64,000 bases of DNA from Candidatus Chisholmbacteria bacterium RIFCSPHIGHO2_01_FULL_52_32 (lineage in GTDB: Bacteria; Patescibacteriota; Microgenomatia; UBA1400; Chisholmbacteraceae), in contig MHCJ01000003.1 of the NCBI GenBank assembly GCA_001816585.1, forward strand, positions 586,681-650,680, in the 5' to 3' direction. Position numbers and translations under genes: made by a program. Shown piece by piece: positions 17,010-27,307 of this stretch (position 1 is the stretch's first letter; the number at the start of each line of letters is the position of its first letter). The notes under the pieces are model-generated. The model did no database searches, was not told the DNA's origin, and saw only the letters and a program-made list of their open reading frames with translations.

Positions 17010-18367
17010 CGCTCGCTTTGCTTTAATTGTTCCCGCTTCCCGTCCCAAAACCTGCCCCGCCGACAGAGAAGCTTGTTCGCGTCTTTTGGATTTTGCATCA
17101 ACCCCTGCGTGACAATTTCCAAGAAAAGGGCATTTTGTGATCCTTTGATGAGGACCGTATCTTTGTCCTTCATAAGCTTTTTGGCAATGTCGAGCGCCTC
17201 GTACGGACCGGTGGCGCTCCAAAGGTTTTTCCGCGGAAAGCCGAGTTTGATGAGTTCCGGTGTAAACCATTGTTTCATTTGAGGCCCAACGGTCACGACC
17301 ATATCGGTTGTCCGCGCGGCAATCTTTGCAACCTCCTCATGTTCTAATTTTGCAACTGATCCTAACTCCCGCATATCGCCCAGGATTGCAATTTTGCGTT
17401 GCGGGGCAACCTCTCTGAGGGTTTGCAGGGCATCTTCCATGGTTTTGCGGGAAGCGTTGTAGGAAGAATCAAGGATCACCGTTCCCCTGATGCCGGGAAT
17501 GATGCTCATCCTGCCTTTGGGCAATTGAAAGTGTGTTTGGAGTCCCCGTACACACTGGGCAAGCGAAAGGCCGAGGTATCTTCCGACGGCGATTGCGGCA
17601 AGGAAAGTCTGGGCGTAATGTTTCGGAAAGAGTTGCCCCAACTTCAGTTTTACTTCTTCTTTTGCGTCTTCTTTACACACCATCGAAAACCCTCCGAGAG
17701 AAATCCCGATGTCTTTTGCCATCAGATCCGCTTTGTGACGCACCCCAAACGTCACCACTCTAGCTTTGGTCTTGCCGAAAAAGGCGATGACCTTTGGATC
17801 GTCGGCATTCAGGATCGCGACTCCTGTTTTCGGCAACGATGTGATGAGTTTTCCTTTTTCTTCGGCGATTGCATCCGAAACCCGCGCCCGGCGCTCCTTG
17901 GGATCCTTGATGGTTTGCGGAACCAACCCGTCGAAGAATTGGCCGTGGACGGGGAGAACGTTGAGAAAGACCCCGATTGCGGGACGGACGATTGTTAAGA
18001 GATACTCCATGTTTTTGGGGGGAAGGGGGCTATCGATGCCAAGCTCGGCGATGTAGACATCATACGGTTCCCAATTCGTCAAAAGCGTTATCGGTGCGAG
18101 GAGAGATAAGCGGGCCCAATCGAAGAACGAATAGTCTTTTGGCGAAAGGCCCAAAATATTCAGAGGGATGCCTGACTCGCTGTTGGCTTTGAGGCTCACC
18201 TTGATCTTCCGATGGTCTTTGAGGACAGCAGCGATCGCGTTTCGAAGGGAAGTTTTCCCGGCCGAACCGGTGATTCCGATGATCGTGGGACTGGCTTTCC
18301 GAAGCTGTAGCTTGGCAAGTTCCCGAAAATAGATGAGAAGCAAGAAGGCAATGGTTCGCTTAAGCAC
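17006..18367 (-). CDS. murF: UDP-MurNAc-tripeptide--D-Ala-D-Ala ligase MurF
   Basis: GITGSAGKT, NADD, DSSYNAS, LGDMRELG, IKGSQ. Confidence 0.88.
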   Translation of the reverse strand: MLKRTIAFLLLIYFRELAKLQLRKASPTIIGITGSAGKTSLRNAIAAVLKDHRKIKVSLKANSESGIPLNILGLSPKDYSFFDWARLSLLAPITLLTNWEPYDVYIAELGIDSPLPPKNMEYLLTIVRPAIGVFLNVLPVHGQFFDGLVPQTIKDPKERRARVSDAIAEEKGKLITSLPKTGVAILNADDPKVIAFFGKTKARVVTFGVRHKADLMAKDIGISLGGFSMVCKEDAKEEVKLKLGQLFPKHYAQTFLAAIAVGRYLGLSLAQCVRGLQTHFQLPKGRMSIIPGIRGTVILDSSYNASRKTMEDALQTLREVAPQRKIAILGDMRELGSVAKLEHEEVAKIAARTTDMVVTVGPQMKQWFTPELIKLGFPRKNLWSATGPYEALDIAKKLMKDKDTVLIKGSQNALFLEIVTQGLMQNPKDANKLLCRRGRFWDGKREQLKQSER

Positions 18368-18414
18368 GTTTATCCCGCTTATTCCTAATGTACGTTATAG
18401 TATACCGATTCTTT

Positions 18415-19215
18415 TTAGAACGAGCGGAGGAAGTATTTCAATCCCCACCAGGGCTGATGGAGATCCAAGATCAGACTACTGATGAACCCGTTCCATGCCC
18501 GTCTGGAATACAGAACCAGTTTTGCTCCCTGAAGCTGTCGATACAGCAACGCTAATTCAACGAGGTTCCGTATGCAGCGGCGTGCGAACGATACCCTGGC
18601 TTTGCGGATTTCGCGGACCGGACAAGGAATTTCGCAAATCCGAAGATTCTCTTTCTGGGCGCGGACCATGAGTTCCGTCTCAAGAATCTCGTGGGTGGTA
18701 CATTTGTCTATCAGCGGAAGTACTCTCCTTGTGTTCATTAGCTTTAAGCCATGGGTATCCTTTCCCTTATATCCGAACAGGGCCTTGGTTATTACTGTCA
18801 GAAAGTGGGTGCCGACCTTCCGGATGAGCGGTCTCTTATCGAGCCCGCTTTCAAGTTCCTTCGATCCGACAATGATGTCAAATTCGAATCTCTTCTCATA
18901 CGCCTGATTAAAAAAGCTTTCCTCCCACCAGTCGGCATTTAAAAGCAAAACAAACGGCTTTGATGCGCGGCGGATTCCCAAGCGAACCGCTTCCCCGAAA
19001 TCCGGATACGGATACTTGACCACCTTTATCCAGGAAAATTTCTCCGACAGGAGACTTAAGATTTCCGGTGTGCGGTCCGTTGAGCCGTTGTCCACCAGGA
19101 TCACTTCTATCCCTTTTCCATGCCCTGTCTTCAGTTTCCTGATTAAACCTTCCACGGTGGCAGAGAGGATTTCTTCTTCGTTATAGATGGGAATTACCAC
19201 CGAAATGTTTCTCAT
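18415..19215 (-). CDS. GT2 glycosyltransferase (polyprenol-P sugar synthase-like)
   Basis: SVVIPIYNEE, VDNGSTD, NAD. Confidence 0.85.
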   Translation of the reverse strand: MRNISVVIPIYNEEEILSATVEGLIRKLKTGHGKGIEVILVDNGSTDRTPEILSLLSEKFSWIKVVKYPYPDFGEAVRLGIRRASKPFVLLLNADWWEESFFNQAYEKRFEFDIIVGSKELESGLDKRPLIRKVGTHFLTVITKALFGYKGKDTHGLKLMNTRRVLPLIDKCTTHEILETELMVRAQKENLRICEIPCPVREIRKARVSFARRCIRNLVELALLYRQLQGAKLVLYSRRAWNGFISSLILDLHQPWWGLKYFLRSF

Positions 19216-20027
19216 CGTAGTGACCGGATAAAGTAACCTAAACCCAACCACGGATCCCGAAGGTCGTTTGCAAGGATCTTTCCGTACCGCCCAAGCAGGC
19301 TTTCCTTCCTAAACTGCCTGCGGAGCATAAAGGTGTCCTTCACGGCGTTCAGGATGACTTTTGGACTCGATCCGGATGAAGTACCGAGCCTTCTCGGGTA
19401 ATGTGAAACGCCCATCTGCTTGATGCGAAACCCTGACTCAAGCGTTTTCAGGAGCAATTCCGTTGACACCATAGCGCCGTCTGAAGCAAGCGGTGACGCG
19501 TACCCCAGGACCCTTTTGTTTAAGAGTTTGAAGGCGCAGTCAATATCCCGTACCCAAAGCGGAAATCCCAAAAACACCCTGTTCCATACCTTGAGCATGA
19601 GGGCGATTCCGTGACGAAACCACCCCTCTGCCCTGTTCATTCTGTATCCGATCACCAAGTCATAGTCTTCGGTATGCGGGATAAACTTTTTGATTTCCGC
19701 GATATCGAACTGGAGATCCGCATCGGTAAAAAATATCCACTGAAAGCTCGCTTCCTTAAAGCCTCTCTTGATTGCTCCGCCGTACCCCTTGTTCGGCTGG
19801 CTCACAACACGAACCGCAATGTAGGCCCGGCTGAGTTTCTCAACAATTTCAGGCGTTCCGTCCCGGCTCCCGTCATCAATCACCAACACTTCATACTTCT
19901 CTGCCACCGTGGGGAGTACCGCCAGTGCCTGCCTGACCGCGCGTTCGATGTTGCCCGCCTCATTGTACGCGGGAAAGAACACCGACAATTCCGGAAGTTT
20001 CTTTGGACCTTCCTCTCGGTTTGTCAT
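19212..20027 (-). CDS. GT2 glycosyltransferase (DPM1-like)
   Basis: FPAYNE, DDGSRD, TDADLQFD, DIDCAFKL. Confidence 0.9.
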   Translation of the reverse strand: MTNREEGPKKLPELSVFFPAYNEAGNIERAVRQALAVLPTVAEKYEVLVIDDGSRDGTPEIVEKLSRAYIAVRVVSQPNKGYGGAIKRGFKEASFQWIFFTDADLQFDIAEIKKFIPHTEDYDLVIGYRMNRAEGWFRHGIALMLKVWNRVFLGFPLWVRDIDCAFKLLNKRVLGYASPLASDGAMVSTELLLKTLESGFRIKQMGVSHYPRRLGTSSGSSPKVILNAVKDTFMLRRQFRKESLLGRYGKILANDLRDPWLGLGYFIRSLR

Positions 20028-23000
20028 CTCTCCCTCCTTCGCAAGGCTTGTAAATCTTCGGCGATGGAATTCCACTTCTCCCGTAGGAACTTGCCTTCGC
20101 GCTCCCGTATGCCAGTAAGGATCTGCTCAAGCGCTGACTGCTTCACTTTGCGCCAGGCGCGATTTTCCATCATTTCCCGGAGCATTCCTCCCCGACGGAT
20201 TCGGGCGGAAACCCGTTCCATGAAGCTTCGTTTCTTTCGTCCTGTTTTTACAATGTAGATCATTCCTACCGCCATGAGGGCAAACCCGGCAAATTCCAAG
20301 TACTGCGGTACAAATACCAAAGCGAGGGTCCTTTCCCCGTCCCCTTCCTTCGGGGCGATCCGCCATCCGTTTGCCCAAGCGTTTGCGATGACATGGCCCT
20401 CCACGGGCGCAAAAAGCTTGGGCAAGAGGGAGAGGTACAGGAGACTTACCGGTTTATTCAGGGCTTTTTCCCCGACTTCGAATGCCTGCCAGCCCGAATG
20501 ATAGGCTTGATTTAAAATCAGCAACCCTTCGCCGTCCGACTTCAGGTTCACCAGGAAGAGGGAGGGGTTCGGATGCCGTGTCTCCCCGATCTCCAATCGG
20601 TTCTTAAGGCTTCCGACGAGTTCCGGCCTGATCTTGACCATCTCGATCCAGCCTAAGGAAGCCGGGAAGATCTCGATTTTTCGAAGCTCATTTTTGCTCT
20701 CCGCCATCCCGATCGCTTGGTTATCCAAGTGCAAGGTGTAGCCCCGTTCTCCGGCAAGCATTGCGGGTAACGGTACCGTTGTCTTTTGCCAGCCTGCCAC
20801 CTCGTCAAGCTTGAACTCCGCATCGCAGTGCTTGCTGACGGAGTTATTGATGCAGATCTGAAACGGCTTTCCCGAGATAAAGCGGTGCTCAAAAGAAACC
20901 AAATAGGAGATATCCTGCGGAAGATTACGGAATTCCCAAAAGTCGCAAGACCCGGCATTCCGCGATGCATAGGTCAATACCGGGATCAGACCTTCCTCGG
21001 ATATCTCCCTGGTAAACCAGGTGTTATTAAAGTTGTCACAATTTCTGGCCTTCGGGTAATTGCGCCCTGACACCGGGGATTCGACTGCGGTTGCCCATGA
21101 GTCGATCTTCGGAATCACCAGTTGTACCGAATCAGCGATGGCGGGAACAGCGATTGCCTTTACTTTTGCAAGATCATCCCTGATAAATCTCGGTTGGATG
21201 ACTGCGGATCCGATGGAGGGATATGCGGTCAGAACGACATCCCTGTATTCAATTTCCGATTCTTTTTCCGATTCAAAGGCATCAAGGAGGAGCTGTACCC
21301 AAAGTTCCGAGGGGTCGGACAGATTGGCTTCCGTATATTCCTCAAAGCTTCTCCAAGTATCCGCATAGGTTGAATTTGCGGTATACGAAAGGTTGAACGG
21401 TTCTCCCGTTTTTCCATCGATGAATAAGTAGATCGGCCGCGCCTGTTCACTCGAGCGAAAGGCAAAGCGCATCTGGATGACCGAGCGTGGGTCGCTTAAG
21501 AGATTGTCAATCTTTGTGAAGATGCAGGCGACGACCCGCTTGCCTTTGATCGTGAGCGTCCTCCCGGAAACGTTTTTAGAAAACGACTGATCGGCGAGTT
21601 CATCACTACAGCGGTTGATCGGTTCAGAAAATATCCGGTCCGTGATATCGAGGGTCGTCCCTCCGGCCTTCGTGTAAACTTTGAGGGTGTTGTCTTTGCC
21701 CGTCCAAAGGATACTTTCTCCGATCGCTTCTTCCCTGTCAGTGGGTGAAGGTGAGGTGAGAAACTGTTTCCCGTTTATTGCGATCACAAACGGTCCCTCG
21801 GTTGTCGAAAGAGGGATCTCGATTTGAGAGCTGGTCGTTTCAGACGGAATGCGGATTCCGTCGACATATACCTCCGGAAACAGATAGACGAACCGAACGA
21901 TGAGGCTACCGTGCCCTCCCCTTGCCATTACACGCACGGGGATGACCGCATCGGTTGCGGCGGCGTTGGGAACTTCAAGGAGAACCTTTTCCTTCCTGTT
22001 CTCCGAAAGCTTCCAGCCTTTTCCAAACAGTATTACCTCTCCATCGAGGTTTTCCGCAGAAACCAAGTTCCTGGTATCGAGATCGCGGAACGGATAGAAT
22101 GCGGAAATTTCGGTGTTGTCGGACGCTGCGTTTGTCGAAAAGCTTTGGCCTTCCGCTGAGAAAACAAGGTCATTCTGGCTGTCTCCAGTGGCCTTCGGTT
22201 CGATCCGTTTTATTTCCGTCGGGGTGTAGGCGAAATCCTTGACCTTTTCCGAGAGGCTCGTTTGGTAGACCGCGATCTTTCCAAACTCGCGAGCTGGTGC
22301 TACTTTTTTACTTTCTTTGAGCATCTCCTCAAGTTGGGGGACAAACAAGAGCGTTTGATCGCCTTGTGTGGCAATGCTTCGATCCACCAGGATCCAGTCA
22401 AGTTGGTACTTATCGATGAGCTTCTCAAACAGGGCAAGGTCCCGGCTGTAGACGGCTTTACTTATTTCGTTGTAATACCCTTCGTTTTCATGGCTCCAGA
22501 CGTCAAAAGCACGGTCGAGGATGGGCTGTTCAAGCCCGTACCAGAGGAACCCCGATCCACGGTATCCCCAATCATAAAAATTCCATCCCCAAAAGGAATG
22601 CTGGGGGAAATTGGCGATGCGGGTTGACGGATCTTGAGTCTGAAACCACTTCATCAGATCGAAGTACCCTTGCGGAATCTCTGTCCGCACCGCAGGATAG
22701 ATGAGGTGTCCTTGAAACGCCGGCGAGAGAAAGGCTAGAAAGACTCCGATTGCCGCAATGCCCGCCACTGCGACGGAGAGGCGGTGGCTGACAAACCCGA
22801 GCAGTGCCCGGAAGGCTTGGAGGATGACGAGCGACCCGAGGGAAAAGAAGATTGCATAGGAAAGCATGGCAACCGGCGACCATTTCGTGAATACCGAACG
22901 GAACATCTCCTGAAAGAGGGGTATGTTTTCGGACATCCACTTGAACAGGAATCCGAGGGGTTGGTTTTCCTCAAGGAGCATAAACCAGGACAATGCGAAG

Positions 23001-24085
23001 AGGAAAAGAGCGCTTTTTCTGAAAGGAGTTTTATACGCAATGGCTACGGGGATCCCAAGTACCACCAAGGCGAAGAGGGCATACCCGAGTGTTGTAATGA
23101 CCGGACTTGAAAGGTGATCGCGCCAGACTCCGAGCAGATAGTCAAATTTCCCGCTTTCCGCCCGATCGACATAATTGAACCAAAAACCGCGCAGCAGTAT
23201 GGCATCTTTAGGATTTGCGAATTCACGACTGCGGAGGATCATGTCGGGGGTCGAGTATTCGTTGACCCTTGAGGTTTTGACAATACTCCCCGCCACTGCA
23301 ACAAAGTAGAGAAAGGGGAGGAGCCAAAAGGCGTTCACCACGCCAATGACCGAAAGCCACTTCCCTACCTTTCCGAGCGCCGCTTTTGAGCGGACCGTCA
23401 TCAGGTATTCGACGGCAAAGACTCCTACAACAACCATGGTGACGAGAAAGACGGTCCCGACGTAGGCCATCGGAGCTGCCAGGATAAGGGCAAGTACGAG
23501 CGGCCAAGCTTTGTTTTTTTCTTTCTCAAGGAAGCGGACTGTCAGGTAGGCTAACCAGGGCAAAGCGGCGTACTGGGTGATGAAGCTTTCGTAGGGTACG
23601 AAAAAAATCTGGACCGTGCCAAGGTTTAAGAGGTAGAACAACCCTCCGAGTAAACTGGCAAACTCCCGGAAGACCGGTTTAAAGCGACGGGCAAACACTT
23701 CCCGCATAAACCAGAACATCCCCAGCGGCCCCAAGAGGAGGGTGGCAAAGGTATACCCGTAACGTACAAGCCTCGGGCTTACCGCAAGCGATGCAATCCA
23801 AAGAAGTATTTGATGGGGAAGATCGGCGGCATGGCTCATCCCTCCCAGGAGCCCTAGGCCTTGGTACTCTTGCCATACGGCAAAGAGACTGCGGCGGATG
23901 TTTAAAGGGAAGTTAAACTCCGGGTGGAGGTTATCCCAACCCGAGAGCCAAGTTCCGGGCTGGTAGTTTAAAAATGCAAGAAAAAGCACAACTGCCATCA
24001 GGATCCCGGCGGCGAACCAGCCTGACTGGAGCCAGTCTTTGAGGATAGGTTTTGGATGTCTGTTTCGGAAAAGGAGCAGATTCAT
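20024..24085 (-). CDS. Large GT-C-fold membrane glycosyltransferase (AftD/YfhO-like) with large extracellular domain
   Basis: About 12 N-terminal TMs, GWD..HPE, C-terminal LNQAYHSGW..NAWANGW plus TM. Confidence 0.7.
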   Translation of the reverse strand: MNLLLFRNRHPKPILKDWLQSGWFAAGILMAVVLFLAFLNYQPGTWLSGWDNLHPEFNFPLNIRRSLFAVWQEYQGLGLLGGMSHAADLPHQILLWIASLAVSPRLVRYGYTFATLLLGPLGMFWFMREVFARRFKPVFREFASLLGGLFYLLNLGTVQIFFVPYESFITQYAALPWLAYLTVRFLEKEKNKAWPLVLALILAAPMAYVGTVFLVTMVVVGVFAVEYLMTVRSKAALGKVGKWLSVIGVVNAFWLLPFLYFVAVAGSIVKTSRVNEYSTPDMILRSREFANPKDAILLRGFWFNYVDRAESGKFDYLLGVWRDHLSSPVITTLGYALFALVVLGIPVAIAYKTPFRKSALFLFALSWFMLLEENQPLGFLFKWMSENIPLFQEMFRSVFTKWSPVAMLSYAIFFSLGSLVILQAFRALLGFVSHRLSVAVAGIAAIGVFLAFLSPAFQGHLIYPAVRTEIPQGYFDLMKWFQTQDPSTRIANFPQHSFWGWNFYDWGYRGSGFLWYGLEQPILDRAFDVWSHENEGYYNEISKAVYSRDLALFEKLIDKYQLDWILVDRSIATQGDQTLLFVPQLEEMLKESKKVAPAREFGKIAVYQTSLSEKVKDFAYTPTEIKRIEPKATGDSQNDLVFSAEGQSFSTNAASDNTEISAFYPFRDLDTRNLVSAENLDGEVILFGKGWKLSENRKEKVLLEVPNAAATDAVIPVRVMARGGHGSLIVRFVYLFPEVYVDGIRIPSETTSSQIEIPLSTTEGPFVIAINGKQFLTSPSPTDREEAIGESILWTGKDNTLKVYTKAGGTTLDITDRIFSEPINRCSDELADQSFSKNVSGRTLTIKGKRVVACIFTKIDNLLSDPRSVIQMRFAFRSSEQARPIYLFIDGKTGEPFNLSYTANSTYADTWRSFEEYTEANLSDPSELWVQLLLDAFESEKESEIEYRDVVLTAYPSIGSAVIQPRFIRDDLAKVKAIAVPAIADSVQLVIPKIDSWATAVESPVSGRNYPKARNCDNFNNTWFTREISEEGLIPVLTYASRNAGSCDFWEFRNLPQDISYLVSFEHRFISGKPFQICINNSVSKHCDAEFKLDEVAGWQKTTVPLPAMLAGERGYTLHLDNQAIGMAESKNELRKIEIFPASLGWIEMVKIRPELVGSLKNRLEIGETRHPNPSLFLVNLKSDGEGLLILNQAYHSGWQAFEVGEKALNKPVSLLYLSLLPKLFAPVEGHVIANAWANGWRIAPKEGDGERTLALVFVPQYLEFAGFALMAVGMIYIVKTGRKKRSFMERVSARIRRGGMLREMMENRAWRKVKQSALEQILTGIREREGKFLREKWNSIAEDLQALRRRER

Positions 24086-24095
24086 GTTTTTCCCG

Positions 24096-25460
24096 TTAGC
24101 TTTCTGTTGCTAATGTTTCTGACTTATCGGTCGTCGGCCTTGCCAGACTTTGGACCAGGCGCACGAGTATCGAGGCTTTTGGTTCTTTCGCAAGTGTTGC
24201 CTCATACAATCCGACGATCGTCTCCCAGCTCCTTAGCTCACGCAGGGCGATTGAAGCCCTGCTCAAGCGGTTGAGCCTTCCCCTTTTGGCAACAAGAGAT
24301 TCGATTTTCTTGGCAAAATCATTCCCGGAAAGGGAAAACATCAGGTCCTCCGGCTGCATGCGGCACTGCTCAAGTGCGGTTCGTACATCGGGATTCTCCA
24401 AGCTTTCCGCTAAGGCTTTTGATAGGAGTATCGGTTTGGCAAACCGCAAGGCAAACGAAAGGGGGCCTGAAGCGCTTATGAGTGAGCGATAGGGTAACAC
24501 GACCAGATCCGCTGCGGCAAAGTAGCTTCGGACTTGGTTCTCCGGAATAAAGCCCGTCACCCTGACGGAACGGCGATATCTTTTCGAAAGCCGTTCGACT
24601 TTCCTTAAGAACGCTTGGTAGTGGGGTTTGTCACGGAGGGTTGCGCTCGGCCCGCCGGCAATAAGCAACTTGAGCTTGGGTTGATCCTGCGCGAGCTTTC
24701 CGACCTTTTGAATCAGCCAATCGACCCCTTTGTACCAGGTGATATAGCCGAAGAGGAGGAGCACAAACTCATCCTTCCTCAACCCCAGCTTCTGTCTAGA
24801 GGTCCGACCTCTGCGCAGAGGTCGGACCTCTTCGCTGTTATCAAGAGAGAGGCCATGAGAAATGACGTCAATCTTTTCGGCGTTGACCATGTGGGCAAGT
24901 CTGTTCTTGAGGGTCTGTTCGTGGACCACTATCCTGTCAGACAGCATTCCGGTTGCGATGTAGAAGCTCTTCAGTCCTCGATTGAGGATTGTGCGTTTTA
25001 GCGACATTCCCGTAAGCCCCAAATGTCCGCCGATAGTCCCTAAATCCTCAACCACCTGGTGGAGAACAACGGACAGCCGCCTGCCTGACAGTTTTACCGC
25101 AGCCAGAAATATCGGAAGAAGTGTTGTCACCGGTGTTTGGCCAAGCATGTTGAACTCGAATTGGAGAAGGATTTGACGAGGTTTGTTAAACCTCAACAGG
25201 GCTCTTATCAGATCAAGGTACAACAGCGGGCTTCCCCTTCGATAGCAGCGGGCGATAAGGAGGTTTCCCCTGCGATACATCTCGGCCTCACTAGTAATTT
25301 CGCAAAGCACGATAATTTTTCGATCCCTGTAGGCATGCAGAAGATTGCCGGTATAGCAGGCAACGGCGTTGAGGAGGGCCGGCTCACCCTGCTTTTGCGG
25401 ATAGCTTGAGATGACGATGAGCGCATCTTTGGTATTAAATTCTTTGATCAGGTTTTTCAT
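24096..25460 (-). CDS. GT4 glycosyltransferase
   Basis: FGYITWYKG, ADLVVLPY..SASGPLS. Confidence 0.85.
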   Translation of the reverse strand: MKNLIKEFNTKDALIVISSYPQKQGEPALLNAVACYTGNLLHAYRDRKIIVLCEITSEAEMYRRGNLLIARCYRRGSPLLYLDLIRALLRFNKPRQILLQFEFNMLGQTPVTTLLPIFLAAVKLSGRRLSVVLHQVVEDLGTIGGHLGLTGMSLKRTILNRGLKSFYIATGMLSDRIVVHEQTLKNRLAHMVNAEKIDVISHGLSLDNSEEVRPLRRGRTSRQKLGLRKDEFVLLLFGYITWYKGVDWLIQKVGKLAQDQPKLKLLIAGGPSATLRDKPHYQAFLRKVERLSKRYRRSVRVTGFIPENQVRSYFAAADLVVLPYRSLISASGPLSFALRFAKPILLSKALAESLENPDVRTALEQCRMQPEDLMFSLSGNDFAKKIESLVAKRGRLNRLSRASIALRELRSWETIVGLYEATLAKEPKASILVRLVQSLARPTTDKSETLATES

Positions 25461-25490
25461 ATTTTTTCCTCTGGCTTTCACGGGTCGGAT

Positions 25491-26849
25491 TTATACGTCT
25501 TGTATCGGCTTGACTCCCGATAGTCTTCTTAAGGCGTTATAGACCTCTTTCCGCAGTGATCCGTCGGGACGGATCAAACCCAGGCCGCGGGTTTCAGCGT
25601 TGTCCGGATTAATCACGTCTGAGTCGTAATCCGTCAGTCCCCAGATCGTGACATAGGCTGCGTTTGTCTCCCATGCGACCTGAACCCCGACAGCGTGTTG
25701 ACGAGCCACTTCTTCCCGGGTCCACTCCGGCCTGTCTTTGTCCGCAATTCCGAACTCGCTCACCGCAAGGCGGCTTTGAGGGAGATTGTCGCGCATCAGA
25801 CGAAGTGAAGCTCCGAGGTTGTATCCCTCCTGTCCTTTCCCGGCAACCTGCCAGGCAGAAAGGGAAACCTCATCGGGCGGGACATCAAGGGCGGAAAGGA
25901 CATCAAGTCCGGTTTTGGCGTCCGGCCTGTCCCATTCCGACCGGATTTGCAGGACTTCGGCGCCGGTTTTCAGAGGTGCTTTGTCGGAATGGGCGCGGTT
26001 GGCGTCTCTGATTGCCCGGTGGAAGGTGTTGTAATATAAGATTGCGTTCTCAATGAACTGGGGCGAAATGTCGGCACCCTCCGTTCCGGGGCTATAGTCT
26101 CCCTTTGCCAGTAATTCGAGTTCATTGGGACCTCCGATTGTTATTTCTTTTCCGTTTTCTCCATATCTCTCGAGTAAGTAGTCAGCAACACGCAGATACT
26201 CTTTATACGTCGCTTCAAGCCGTTCAGGTGTACATACTCCCTCCTCCGGAAGTTGCCAGCCGTTCACCGTTCCCGGGCCATTGACGTCGCAGGTGATGTG
26301 GATGGCTTTGATGTCAGGGTGACCAAACACCGTCTCGTAGTACGGTCTTCGGATCAGTTCATCTAACGTTGTTCCCTTCAGCGTTTCGATCCCCGTATGA
26401 TCTTCATGTTCTTTGGGCGAGGCAACGATGCTTACTCTTTGAAATCCGAGCCTTGAAGCGATATCGACATGCCATTCAAGCGAACCTTCTCCCCGAACGT
26501 ACTTTGAAGGGTGAATGGAGATTCCGATCCTGTCATCAAGTTTGGGCTGAGGTTCGAGCTCCTGCCAGCGGAGTAAGCTTTCCCGGTTATAGGTTCCCGT
26601 TTCGAGGGTGTTTAAGATGAGCAATTCCTCCACGCGGGCTTCAACCGCAGCGGGATCCAGCTCGGCAAGACCACAGGACGCCAAGAGAAGACTGGCCCGT
26701 AAGGCTAGACCGCCTTTTGTCGCTTCATCCAATTCCGGCCTGAGGGTGGCTTGGTTCAGTACCTCAAGAGCATACCTCAATTCCGGCAGAACCAGCCCAA
26801 GAAAGGCCCTCCTTGTGACTTCACCATTCGGTTGAACTTTTTCTCCCAT
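25491..26849 (-). CDS. Putative clan GH-A glycoside-hydrolase-like TIM barrel
   Basis: PNE acid/base-like and VSEFG nucleophile-like motifs, IWGLTD..GLIRPDGS.R; N-terminal TRRAFL. Confidence 0.55.
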   Translation of the reverse strand: MGEKVQPNGEVTRRAFLGLVLPELRYALEVLNQATLRPELDEATKGGLALRASLLLASCGLAELDPAAVEARVEELLILNTLETGTYNRESLLRWQELEPQPKLDDRIGISIHPSKYVRGEGSLEWHVDIASRLGFQRVSIVASPKEHEDHTGIETLKGTTLDELIRRPYYETVFGHPDIKAIHITCDVNGPGTVNGWQLPEEGVCTPERLEATYKEYLRVADYLLERYGENGKEITIGGPNELELLAKGDYSPGTEGADISPQFIENAILYYNTFHRAIRDANRAHSDKAPLKTGAEVLQIRSEWDRPDAKTGLDVLSALDVPPDEVSLSAWQVAGKGQEGYNLGASLRLMRDNLPQSRLAVSEFGIADKDRPEWTREEVARQHAVGVQVAWETNAAYVTIWGLTDYDSDVINPDNAETRGLGLIRPDGSLRKEVYNALRRLSGVKPIQDV

Positions 26850-26925
26850 AGATTCCTTTTTTTTAAAAAAATAGCCGGGCAGCGGCTATTCCTCGATAAG
26901 ACCTATAGGCCTTTTTCTTTGAGGA

Positions 26926-26954
26926 ACTATACCATAATATTGGCAGATTGTCAA
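26926..26954 (-). promoter_or_regulatory. Sigma70 promoter for the glycosylation operon
   Basis: TTGACA-17 bp-TATAGT with TG extension. Confidence 0.65.
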
Positions 26955-27307
26955 TTTGAGTGCTAATTTCTGCTCTCTCAACCATGAACCAGAGTAAGCA
27001 CGGTTCATAGCTCAGAAAGCAGGCATATAGGGTTGAAGTTGTAGGGGGTAAGTGGTTGGGGATGAGGTTCTCTTTGAGAGAGAAACTTTGATCGCGCACG
27101 CGATCTTTCCCAATCCACATACTCTCGACAACTCAATGCCGCTTTCGACCGGAGGTCGGGGGCCTGATGCCTTGTTTTGGAATTTTTATCCGTGAGAGCT
27201 TCCTCTGAAGCGAGTTTCCTCACTCGGGAAGGTCAGGCGGAGAACCTTACGGTTCGCAGTTTTCCAAAGACATGGCGGCCCCCGACCTCTCCTGGTCGAG
27301 TCTTCAG

